A DNA stretch of 63,836 bases from an uncultured Gammaproteobacteria bacterium (GTDB lineage Bacteria > Patescibacteriota > Microgenomatia > Daviesbacterales > UBA10151): positions 1 to 63,836 of the forward strand of contig CAYOMO010000001.1 in NCBI GenBank assembly GCA_964405065.1, given 5' to 3'. The position numbers and the translations under genes are program-made. The notes under the pieces were generated by a model. That model worked only from the letters and a program-made list of their open reading frames with translations, was not told the DNA's origin and did no database searches. The number at the start of each line of letters is the position of its first letter. The first letter of the stretch is position 1. This document shows, in pieces, positions 36,392 through 44,274 of the stretch.

Positions 36392-37015
36392 TTTTTTAGT
36401 AAAAAAGCGTCTTTCGGCTAATAAGCTATTTTTCGATAAATCATAATAGGTGGCTTCCGTTTCATTTTGTGAATAGGGGGTTAGTTTATCAAGTAAAAGT
36501 ATTACCTCTTTAAAAAGAGTCCAGCCAAAAGCCAGACATCTGTGATAAACATCTTTCACTTCATCCGTTTCAGGATAAATGGAAAATTTTACTTGTCCCC
36601 AGATTGGCCCATCGTCAATTCCGGGAGTTATTTCATGAATAGTTACTCCATGGATTGTTTCATTGTTTTTGAGAGCCCAATTGATAGGAGAAACACCGCG
36701 ATATTTTGGTAGAGGACTATTATGAATATTAATAATTCTTTTACAGCGATTAATGAATGATGGTTTGATTATTTTGTCATAGGTGACAGAGACAGCTAAG
36801 TCAATTGCTATAGATTGTGGTAGATCTTGGAAATGGCCGGATTCGACTATATCGACTTGATTTTTTTTAGCCCATTTGATTAAAGAAGAGGTCCAAGTTG
36901 GTTCAGGAACAACCGGAACTATCGCTACTAATGTGTATTTTGGGTGTCTTAAAAACCACTGAGCGACTTTAATAGCCAATCTGCCTTTTCCCAAAACAAC
37001 TACATTCTTTTTCAT
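36377..37015 (-). CDS. Fmt-like formyltransferase, probable sugar N-formyltransferase
   Basis: 212 aa, with an N-terminal catalytic domain only. IINIHNSPLPKYRGVSPINWAL matches the formyl_trans_N H-x-S-L-L-P-x-x-R-G block, and ITPGIDDGPIW supplies the conserved Asp. The 3' end overlaps the convergent gene by 15 nt. Confidence 0.78.
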   Translation of the reverse strand: MKKNVVVLGKGRLAIKVAQWFLRHPKYTLVAIVPVVPEPTWTSSLIKWAKKNQVDIVESGHFQDLPQSIAIDLAVSVTYDKIIKPSFINRCKRIINIHNSPLPKYRGVSPINWALKNNETIHGVTIHEITPGIDDGPIWGQVKFSIYPETDEVKDVYHRCLAFGWTLFKEVILLLDKLTPYSQNETEATYYDLSKNSLLAERRFFTKKLSSK

Positions 37016-37115
37016 TATTTTTATTGTAATGAGATTATTTACGAATACAACCCCTGTCTGGCCTTTTGGGAATGGTCGCTATACAATAACGCCACTTTAA
37101 GTACTTTACTCATTT

Positions 37116-39755
37116 ATGAAATTTAGTCAAACTGATCGCACCTTTTTGTTGATATTACTACTGTTAGTGGTGTGTCTTTTAGCCAGTTGGTTTAGACATG
37201 GAAATTTATTTATCGGAGCTGAAGAAGGAATTATTTTCCAAAGGATTGATTTGGTATATCAGAAAATGGTTTCTAGTGTCTGGCTTGATTTGTATTTGGG
37301 CGTACCTTATTTTAGCGATCTATCAAAAAGGCCACTATATGCATTTTTGACCTTACTATTTAATGTTGGCGCGCCGCCCTTTTTTTTGCAGGTAAGTATA
37401 TTTGGGTTGATTTTGATAGGGGCTGTAACTAGTACCTATCTACTTTTTAGAAAGAACTTTGGTTGGATTCGATTTCCGCGCTTGGTTGCTTTTTCTGGAG
37501 CTTTGTTTTATCTGAGCAATCCTTATGTGATTAGTCAAGTCTGGGCAAGAGGACTCTATCCTCAATTTTTTGCCTATCTGTATTACCCGGTTTTTTTACT
37601 TTTGATAGCATACTATTTTGATGCTAAAAAGCCCATTTATTTAATCATAAATTTAATTATTTCATTTGTATTTTCTGCAGCTATGGGAAACCCGAGCTAT
37701 GCAGTATCACTTTGGATACTTGTCAGCGGGTATTGGTTTTATAAAACATTTGAAAGTAATGGTTCATTTTTAAATAAATCTTTGCAAATAGTGATTCTTG
37801 GCTTTTTCTTGTTTGGTTGGGTAATAATAAATAGTTGGTGGCTGTTGGTAACAGTTTGGTATGCTCCAGCAGCTTTTTTAGGGAGTGGGAATGTTTTTGA
37901 AAATGCTTTATCTTCTTTGAGAGCAGTTAGCAGTCAATATTCGTTTTCATCAGTAATTAGACTATATCATCCGTTGCACTTTGAATCTTCGCTTTATTTT
38001 GGTATCTATAAAGCCAGTATATTTCAGTTTCTAAGTTGGATGGGAGTTGTAGTAATACTTTTTAGTCTGAGATTTATTCGTCAAAAAAGTATTCAGTTTT
38101 ATTTTGTAATGTTTTTGGTTGGTTTAGTTGTTTGTTTGGGATCTAATCAGCCATTTGGAGCTATTTTTGAATGGATATTTGTTCATTTTCCTCCACTACA
38201 AGTTTTTCGCAATCCATATGAAAAATTTGGACTAGTTTTTTTGCTGGCATATAGTGGGTTGTTTGGAGTTGGTATCACTGGGATATATATTTTTTTAAAA
38301 AAAATCAATAGCAGTTTAGCTTTTTTTTCAGTTGCAGTTTTATTAATTCTTATAACTGGAATATTTAATTGGCCATTATGGTCGAGTGAGGTGATTAGTT
38401 GGGGGAATGAAACAATTATTCCTAGTCGATATCGGTTACTTGATGATTGGCAGAAAAAAAACAATCCTACGGGCGGAAGAATTTTTTTTACTCCTTATTT
38501 ATCTAGCTTTGGTGCTTCATATAAGTGGCCAGGTGCTGATTATCATGGTAATGATCCTCTCTATCAACTGATAGATGCTTCTGTTTTAACTCAGACGGGG
38601 ACAAATCCTTATTTGATGGCTTTAAAACAGTATATTGGTCGTAAAAATTTAGTAGATTCGTTCCAAAGAATTGATGTGAAATATATTATTGATCGCTCGG
38701 ATATATATTCTACCAGGCAGGATAAAAAAAGTTTGGATTTTCTTACCGATAGCTTTTTTACCCCAGTACAACCGATGGGATCTATTTGCGAATCTTTGAA
38801 ATATGAGAATCATCATGTTACATGTTTGGTTCAGTCTTCTTTACAAGACATGTCTGAAGTCCAGAATATTCGTCTAGATTTCAAATCAGATGTGCCTGGA
38901 TATATAGAGGTATTTTTGGTCGATAAATATAATAACCAGCCTCGATGGAATGGGGAAAAAGAACAACAACTTCGTTATTCTATAGAAGATATTGGTCAAG
39001 TAAAAACAATTGATCTGTCGCTTTTTAATCCAACCGAAAATCCAGATACTGATTTTACTTCTATCAGACAAGTTGAAATATACTTTAGACCGCGAATCTT
39101 TTCGGATAATATTAATTTTCAAGTTATAAGTCTGGGTGTTGTTAAAGGTGAAAAGCAATTATTAGATTCTTATCATAAAATAGTTTCTTTAGATGGATTA
39201 AAAATTTATGGACCGAATCAGTCTGGTTTGATAAATCCAGTGAGAGCTTTTGCCCAGATTGCTTACACTGACTCATATGATCAGTTGTTTGATTCTTTTA
39301 AACACTCTTCAGAGACAGCTTATTTATTCAAATCTTCAAAGCTTGATGAATCTTTAACTGAAATACCTTTACAAACGGAGATTCAAACAATAAAAATGAA
39401 TCAGAATAAATATTTTGTTACTCTTCCCAAAGCTGGTAATTATTTTTTACGTCTAAATCAAAATTTCAATTCTGAATGGAAAGTAAAATATTTAAACTCT
39501 TCAAGTCATGTCAGTTTGACCTTTTTTGATCAATTAGCTTTGTTTTTATCATCTGATGTTGATTCTAATAAACACTTTTTAACTGATGGATATGCGAATG
39601 GTTGGTTGATAAAAGCTCAAAATCCAATTCAAATAGTTATCGTGTATAAACCACAAATTTTGCTAGATATTTTATGGCCGATTTCATTTGGTTTTTTTGG
39701 GTTTCTGATTTGCTTAGTAATCGGATTTTATGTATCTAAAAATAAGACGTTGTAA
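37116..39755 (+). CDS. Giant polytopic membrane protein, AftD/DUF3367-like GT-C candidate (paralog A)
   Basis: 879 aa. N-terminal ASWFRHGNLFIGAEEGIIF, ~14 hydrophobic segments, VFRNPYEKFGLVFLLAY, a ~400-aa soluble domain, and a C-terminal TM after GYANGWLI. Shares these landmarks with 56546-59812. Confidence 0.6.
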   Translation: MKFSQTDRTFLLILLLLVVCLLASWFRHGNLFIGAEEGIIFQRIDLVYQKMVSSVWLDLYLGVPYFSDLSKRPLYAFLTLLFNVGAPPFFLQVSIFGLILIGAVTSTYLLFRKNFGWIRFPRLVAFSGALFYLSNPYVISQVWARGLYPQFFAYLYYPVFLLLIAYYFDAKKPIYLIINLIISFVFSAAMGNPSYAVSLWILVSGYWFYKTFESNGSFLNKSLQIVILGFFLFGWVIINSWWLLVTVWYAPAAFLGSGNVFENALSSLRAVSSQYSFSSVIRLYHPLHFESSLYFGIYKASIFQFLSWMGVVVILFSLRFIRQKSIQFYFVMFLVGLVVCLGSNQPFGAIFEWIFVHFPPLQVFRNPYEKFGLVFLLAYSGLFGVGITGIYIFLKKINSSLAFFSVAVLLILITGIFNWPLWSSEVISWGNETIIPSRYRLLDDWQKKNNPTGGRIFFTPYLSSFGASYKWPGADYHGNDPLYQLIDASVLTQTGTNPYLMALKQYIGRKNLVDSFQRIDVKYIIDRSDIYSTRQDKKSLDFLTDSFFTPVQPMGSICESLKYENHHVTCLVQSSLQDMSEVQNIRLDFKSDVPGYIEVFLVDKYNNQPRWNGEKEQQLRYSIEDIGQVKTIDLSLFNPTENPDTDFTSIRQVEIYFRPRIFSDNINFQVISLGVVKGEKQLLDSYHKIVSLDGLKIYGPNQSGLINPVRAFAQIAYTDSYDQLFDSFKHSSETAYLFKSSKLDESLTEIPLQTEIQTIKMNQNKYFVTLPKAGNYFLRLNQNFNSEWKVKYLNSSSHVSLTFFDQLALFLSSDVDSNKHFLTDGYANGWLIKAQNPIQIVIVYKPQILLDILWPISFGFFGFLICLVIGFYVSKNKTL

Positions 39756-39784
39756 TCCGAAGCCAGGTTTATTAGTATCAATCA

Positions 39785-40810
39785 ATGAAAAAACATGAGC
39801 GCACATTTTTAATAAACGATACTTTAACTTCAGTAGTGGTAATTATTGATGATATTAATGTTTCCTTAATTGAAACTGTTAAAAAAATAGACCAAGTAAT
39901 TCAAAAAAAAACTCATCTTTATGAAATTGTATGTATTGACAATACTGGATATATTCTCGAGCAAGATCCGGTTTTATCTAGAATCCAGAAACAAAATTCA
40001 AATGTACGCTCCATAATTTTATCCAAAAAATATTCCAGAGACGTTGCAATCACGGTTGGGGTTGATTCGTGTATTGGGGATTACGTTATTTTTTATGATA
40101 CAAAGACTGACAGCCCTCAAGTATTACATTTATTTATTGATAATTTGGAAAAAGGATTTGATGTTGTAATTGGCAATCCTAAAAATCAGCAGGCAAGTTT
40201 GAGTTTGTTCAGTCGATTATTCTTGTCTATGGTAACTGCATTCTCTCGACAGGGGTATTTTTATCGTTCAAATCATTCACTGGCTTTAAATCGACGGGCT
40301 GTTCTCTCAATCACTCGCACTAGAAGAAAAAATCGCAACTTTACCTATTTGAATTCACTGATTGGACTAAAAAGACAGATCATCTCCTATGAAGGATTAT
40401 CCAATCAGTCTGCTAATGATCCTCGAACAGGTCTTTTTACAATTTTAAAAGTTGTTTTAGATGATGTGATATCCAATTCATTTAAGCCAATCAGATGGAT
40501 AAGTTTACTGGGTATGCTGGGAAGTACTTTGTTTTTATTGTATATTTTAGGCGTGGTTATCTTAATAATTGTCTTCCAAATGACTTGGATAGCCCCCCAG
40601 GGATGGATTAGTTTGGCGACAGTCATGGGAGCATTGTTTTTTTTACTTTTTTCTTTGCTGACTATTATGTCAGAATATTTAATTCGAATTATGGATGAGT
40701 CACGCAATGAACCACTTTATTTTATATCTCAGGAAAAGGATGGTTCTCACCGGATTTTTAAAAACCGCCAAAAAAGTCTGCAAAAAAAACTTAATATAAT
40801 AAAAATATGA
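39785..40810 (+). CDS. GtrB/CsbB-like membrane-anchored GT2 (polyprenyl-phosphate sugar synthase type) with atypical DxD region
   Basis: 341 aa. A GT-A domain followed by two C-terminal TMs and SEYLIRIMDESRNEPLYFI. This matches the GEYIGR..E...RP.YII ending of GtrB as I recall it. IVCIDNTG replaces the usual DDGS.D motif, and FYDTKTDSP sits where D-x-D-LQDP is expected. Confidence 0.6.
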   Translation: MKKHERTFLINDTLTSVVVIIDDINVSLIETVKKIDQVIQKKTHLYEIVCIDNTGYILEQDPVLSRIQKQNSNVRSIILSKKYSRDVAITVGVDSCIGDYVIFYDTKTDSPQVLHLFIDNLEKGFDVVIGNPKNQQASLSLFSRLFLSMVTAFSRQGYFYRSNHSLALNRRAVLSITRTRRKNRNFTYLNSLIGLKRQIISYEGLSNQSANDPRTGLFTILKVVLDDVISNSFKPIRWISLLGMLGSTLFLLYILGVVILIIVFQMTWIAPQGWISLATVMGALFFLLFSLLTIMSEYLIRIMDESRNEPLYFISQEKDGSHRIFKNRQKSLQKKLNIIKI

Positions 40811-41568
40811 AGACAGCTTTGATAGGATATTCTGGATTTGTTGGAAGTAATATTCTTTCTCAACAGTCTTTTACTGATCTTTATAATTCAAAGAATATTT
40901 CACAAATAACAGGTAAGAAATACGATCTAATTGTAAGTTGTGCTACTAGTTCATTGTTTTGGAAAGCAAATAAAGAACCAAAAGCAGATTGGTTACAAAT
41001 AAAAAGTCTTATCAAGCATCTTTCTTTAGTTAAAGCCTCCCAATTTGTTTTAATATCAACTATTTTTGTCTATCCAAATCCATACAATGTTGACGAAGAT
41101 ACTCTCATTGATACAAACTTATTAACCCCTTATGGACTTCATAGATACAAACTTGAACAATTTATTCAAAAAAAATTTAGACAGTCTGTCATTGTAAGAT
41201 TACCAAATTTGTTTGGTCAAAATCTGAAAAAAAATTTTATTTATGATCTGATTCATCACAACCGTTGGGATTTAACTCATAAAGATAGCTCGATGCAGTG
41301 GTACAATCTCGAAAACATTTGGCAAGATATTACTATCGCAATCAATAACCAATTGCCTTTGGTAAATTTTTCAGTAGCTCCTTTGGCTGTTAAAAGAATT
41401 GCTAAATACAGTCTAGGTGTCACTTTTCCTACTATCACAGAAAAACCTCCTTTAAACCATCGGATGCTGACTAAATATGATTATTTATATAAAAAGAAGA
41501 ATGGTTTTTTATACAATGAATACCCGACTTTGCAATCATTGAAAGATTTTATTTTAAAAAACAGATGA
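40807..41568 (+). CDS. Short NAD(P)-binding Rossmann protein, atypical SDR/epimerase-reductase-like
   Basis: 253 aa. Has an N-terminal ALIGYSGFVGSNI (GxxGxxG). PYGLHRYKLE sits where extended SDRs carry YxxxK. ATGA overlap with the upstream gene. Confidence 0.55.
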   Translation: MKTALIGYSGFVGSNILSQQSFTDLYNSKNISQITGKKYDLIVSCATSSLFWKANKEPKADWLQIKSLIKHLSLVKASQFVLISTIFVYPNPYNVDEDTLIDTNLLTPYGLHRYKLEQFIQKKFRQSVIVRLPNLFGQNLKKNFIYDLIHHNRWDLTHKDSSMQWYNLENIWQDITIAINNQLPLVNFSVAPLAVKRIAKYSLGVTFPTITEKPPLNHRMLTKYDYLYKKKNGFLYNEYPTLQSLKDFILKNR

Positions 41569-42383
41569 AACTAGGTTTTTTTAATATTGCTTGGGATAAA
41601 TCTCAAGATCGACAAATTGCTAAGTTATTAAAGAAATATGACTTTGAAGGGATAGAAGTGGCTCCGGCTAAAGTCTGGGATATACCAACAAAAGCTACAA
41701 AAAACCAGATCAAAGAATATAGAGACTTTTGGCAAGATCATGGTATTTCCATTGTTTCCATGTGTTCACTTTTTTTCCCCAAACAAGAACTTAATTTTTT
41801 CAATGGACATTTGGCTCAAAATAAGATGCTTGATTATTATGAAAAAATTACTGATATTGCAGTAGGACTTGGGGCTAAAAAATTGGTCTTTGGTTCTCCT
41901 AAAAACAGAGAATATTATCAAAAGGATTTATTATTGGTAGATGAGATAGCAAGAGATTTTTTTTCTAAACTGGCACAGATTGCTGAGCAAAAGCAATTAA
42001 TACTTTGCATCGAGCCGATCCCCATGCAGTATGGAACTCGTTTTATAAATTCGATATCTGAAGCACTCACACTTGTAGAAGCGGTAAATCACCCAGCATT
42101 CAGATTTCATTTGGATACCGGAGCTGCCACTATTAATCAAGAAAATATTGAGCTCATTTTCCATAAGATGATTAAATATCTTGAGCATGTTCATCTAAGT
42201 GAAGATTACTTGGGAGAATTAGGTCGTGGAAAAGTAGATCATCCACTTTTTGCGAAATTACTTAATAAATATGGTTATACGGAATGGAAAATAGTTGAGA
42301 TGCGTTCGGATGGTAAATCTGATACTATTGGACAAATTGAAAGGGTTTTAGCATATGTCAAAAAAACTTACAACTTTATTTAA
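41565..42383 (+). CDS. Xylose-isomerase-like TIM-barrel protein (sugar isomerase/epimerase, AP_endonuc_2 family)
   Basis: 272 aa. Alternating beta/alpha pattern with metal-ligand-type residues (CIEPIP, FHLDTGA, HVHLSED), as in the family. ATGA overlap with the upstream gene. Confidence 0.6.
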   Translation: MKLGFFNIAWDKSQDRQIAKLLKKYDFEGIEVAPAKVWDIPTKATKNQIKEYRDFWQDHGISIVSMCSLFFPKQELNFFNGHLAQNKMLDYYEKITDIAVGLGAKKLVFGSPKNREYYQKDLLLVDEIARDFFSKLAQIAEQKQLILCIEPIPMQYGTRFINSISEALTLVEAVNHPAFRFHLDTGAATINQENIELIFHKMIKYLEHVHLSEDYLGELGRGKVDHPLFAKLLNKYGYTEWKIVEMRSDGKSDTIGQIERVLAYVKKTYNFI

Positions 42384-43161
42384 ATTAGCCAAAAAATGGC
42401 AATTACCGCTTTATTCAAGTCATATTTTTTCTACCAAAAAAAGTATTTACTGTTTAGGAATCCCTGTTATCAATGAAGGAAGCAGACTAAAAAATGAGTT
42501 AAAAAAACTAAGAAAGTATGCTGATAGAGTCGATATTATTATTTTTGATGGAGGTAGTACAGATGGTTCAACTGATCCCGAATTTTTAAAGAAGCAAGGG
42601 GTAAGGGCTTTGTTAATTAAACAATCTCCGGGTAAACAAGGGACTCAACTAAGAATGGGATTTGCATTTGCTCTTCAGGAGGGTTATCAAGGAGTGATTA
42701 CAGTGGATGGTAACAATAAAGACGGAATTGAAGCGATCCCAAAATTTATTGAAATGCTTGAAAAAGGCTATGATTTTATACAAGGTTCGCGGTATGTCAA
42801 AGGAGGTAAAGCGATAAATACACCACATATGAGACATATTGGCAATCACTGGATTTTAGCGAATATGTTTTCATTAACTGCTGGATTTCATTTTACTGAT
42901 GTTACTAATGGTTTTCGAGCATATTCTAAAAAGCTTCTACTTGATTCACAAGTAAATCCTTTTCGAGAAATATTTGTAGGTTATGAGCTGATTTTTTATT
43001 TAGGAGTTAGAGCAGCACAACTAAATTACAAAGTAAGTGAAATACCTGTCTTGAGAAAATATCCTTTACATACTGTACCAACGAAAATACGAGGAATATC
43101 TAGTTTGTTTAGAGTTTTAAAAGTTGGGATACAAACAGCAATTGGTTATTATAATCCCTGA
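42355..43161 (+). CDS. Glycosyltransferase family 2, DPM1-like polyprenyl-phosphate glycosyltransferase candidate
   Basis: 268 aa. Carries GIPVINEGSRL, IIIFDGGSTDGS, VITVDGNNKDGIEAIPKFIEM, IQGSRYVKGG and DVTNGFRAYSKKLL. Confidence 0.72.
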   Translation: MSKKLTTLFKLAKKWQLPLYSSHIFSTKKSIYCLGIPVINEGSRLKNELKKLRKYADRVDIIIFDGGSTDGSTDPEFLKKQGVRALLIKQSPGKQGTQLRMGFAFALQEGYQGVITVDGNNKDGIEAIPKFIEMLEKGYDFIQGSRYVKGGKAINTPHMRHIGNHWILANMFSLTAGFHFTDVTNGFRAYSKKLLLDSQVNPFREIFVGYELIFYLGVRAAQLNYKVSEIPVLRKYPLHTVPTKIRGISSLFRVLKVGIQTAIGYYNP

Positions 43162-44231
43162 ATTTCTATCTCTTCAATAATGTCATAGATATTATCAATT
43201 TTTCCTCCTAAAAGCAGATGGAAATTGGGAATACCATAGTTTTTGTGATAATAGATTGGTCTGCCATCATTATTTTCGGTTATTTTTAAAACGGCTTTAG
43301 ACTGAAATAAAGACTCTGAAGAGTGGATTTTATTCAAACCTGGTAAATATCTAGAAACATCTTTTGACATAAAAGAGAAAGCTGAATCAGAGATGGTTTT
43401 TTTATCAAGATCTTCATCCGTACCATACCAACTAATTCTTGGGGTATATCTGACATGATGAAGCGAATGCATTTTTTTATCAGGAAAAGGAAGCAAGGAA
43501 AAAAAAGGCCCATCCATGATAGTAATACCATATTTTTTATAAGGTAAAGGAAGTTTTACTAGGGGCATTTCGGTGTATTCAAATTTAACTGATATTAGTG
43601 GTAAATCTGATTGCTGTAGGATGGTATTGATTCCTGCATAAGTACAGTTTAGAACTTTTGTTCCTACAATATTTTTTCCATTCTGAAGAGAGACAGTGAT
43701 ATTTTTATCTGCTGTGGATTTTACTTTCATAACTTGAGAGTTAAACCAAATTTCAATTTGTTTTTTCATAATTTTATGATGTAGGTCATGTCTTAAGATA
43801 GCCGCATCAAATTCAAACTCTTCTACTTGAAAAACTTCTTCAATAAGTGCTTGGTTAAACATTTCTTTGATAAATTCAGGTGCTTTTTTTATCGGAGTAT
43901 TGATCAAATGACAAAATCTCTCAAACTGAATTGCATTTACTTTAGAATTATGTTTTGCAATGGCATAAAAAGACGGAAATTTTTTAACAATCGATGATTT
44001 AAACTCTTTACAAAATTTAACGAAATTTTGATGGGAACGAATAGCTGTTATAAATGATCGAGGGTAATGGTATCCGTTGTGAACACGGGCTTGATTGTAA
44101 TAAGAAGCTTTGGTGAGTAGCTGAGCTTCTTTTTCAATGAGTAACACTTGCGAATACCTTTTTTTCAAATGAAGGGCTAATAAGGAACCATATAATCCAC
44201 CTCCGATAATAATTACATCATACTTTTTCAT
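43149..44231 (-). CDS. FAD-dependent oxidoreductase (DAO-type dinucleotide-binding fold)
   Basis: 360 aa. N-terminal KKYDVIIIGGGLYGSLLALHLKKRYSQVLLIEKE is a GxGxxG + acidic-residue FAD motif. The 3' end overlaps the convergent GT2 gene by 13 nt. Confidence 0.75.
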   Translation of the reverse strand: MKKYDVIIIGGGLYGSLLALHLKKRYSQVLLIEKEAQLLTKASYYNQARVHNGYHYPRSFITAIRSHQNFVKFCKEFKSSIVKKFPSFYAIAKHNSKVNAIQFERFCHLINTPIKKAPEFIKEMFNQALIEEVFQVEEFEFDAAILRHDLHHKIMKKQIEIWFNSQVMKVKSTADKNITVSLQNGKNIVGTKVLNCTYAGINTILQQSDLPLISVKFEYTEMPLVKLPLPYKKYGITIMDGPFFSLLPFPDKKMHSLHHVRYTPRISWYGTDEDLDKKTISDSAFSFMSKDVSRYLPGLNKIHSSESLFQSKAVLKITENNDGRPIYYHKNYGIPNFHLLLGGKIDNIYDIIEEIEIQGL

Positions 44232-44274
44232 GACTTGTGCTCTTAGGGGTTTAGTTTACAATATCCCTACCAAT

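Noticed and set aside
34631-39911. Homopolymer tracts as possible phase-variation switches. A9 runs lie at 34631-34639 and 34781-34789 (aminotransferase) and at 39903-39911 (GtrB-like). T7A8 lies at 38290-38304. Many A8/T8 runs occur in other glycosyltransferase genes.
   Set aside because: Runs of 8-9 A or T are spread through almost every gene, as expected from AAA (Lys) and TTT (Phe) codon usage in AT-rich DNA. None reaches the length of classic contingency loci. Population read data showing length variation would be needed to revive the idea.
44230-44274. The tracked start of the membrane protein at ATG 44230, which shares a CATG with the divergent FAD-oxidoreductase start codon.
   Set aside because: Overlapping divergent start codons would leave no promoter space. 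ATG 44275 precedes the first TM, and a TACAAT box at 44257-44262 lies upstream of it.
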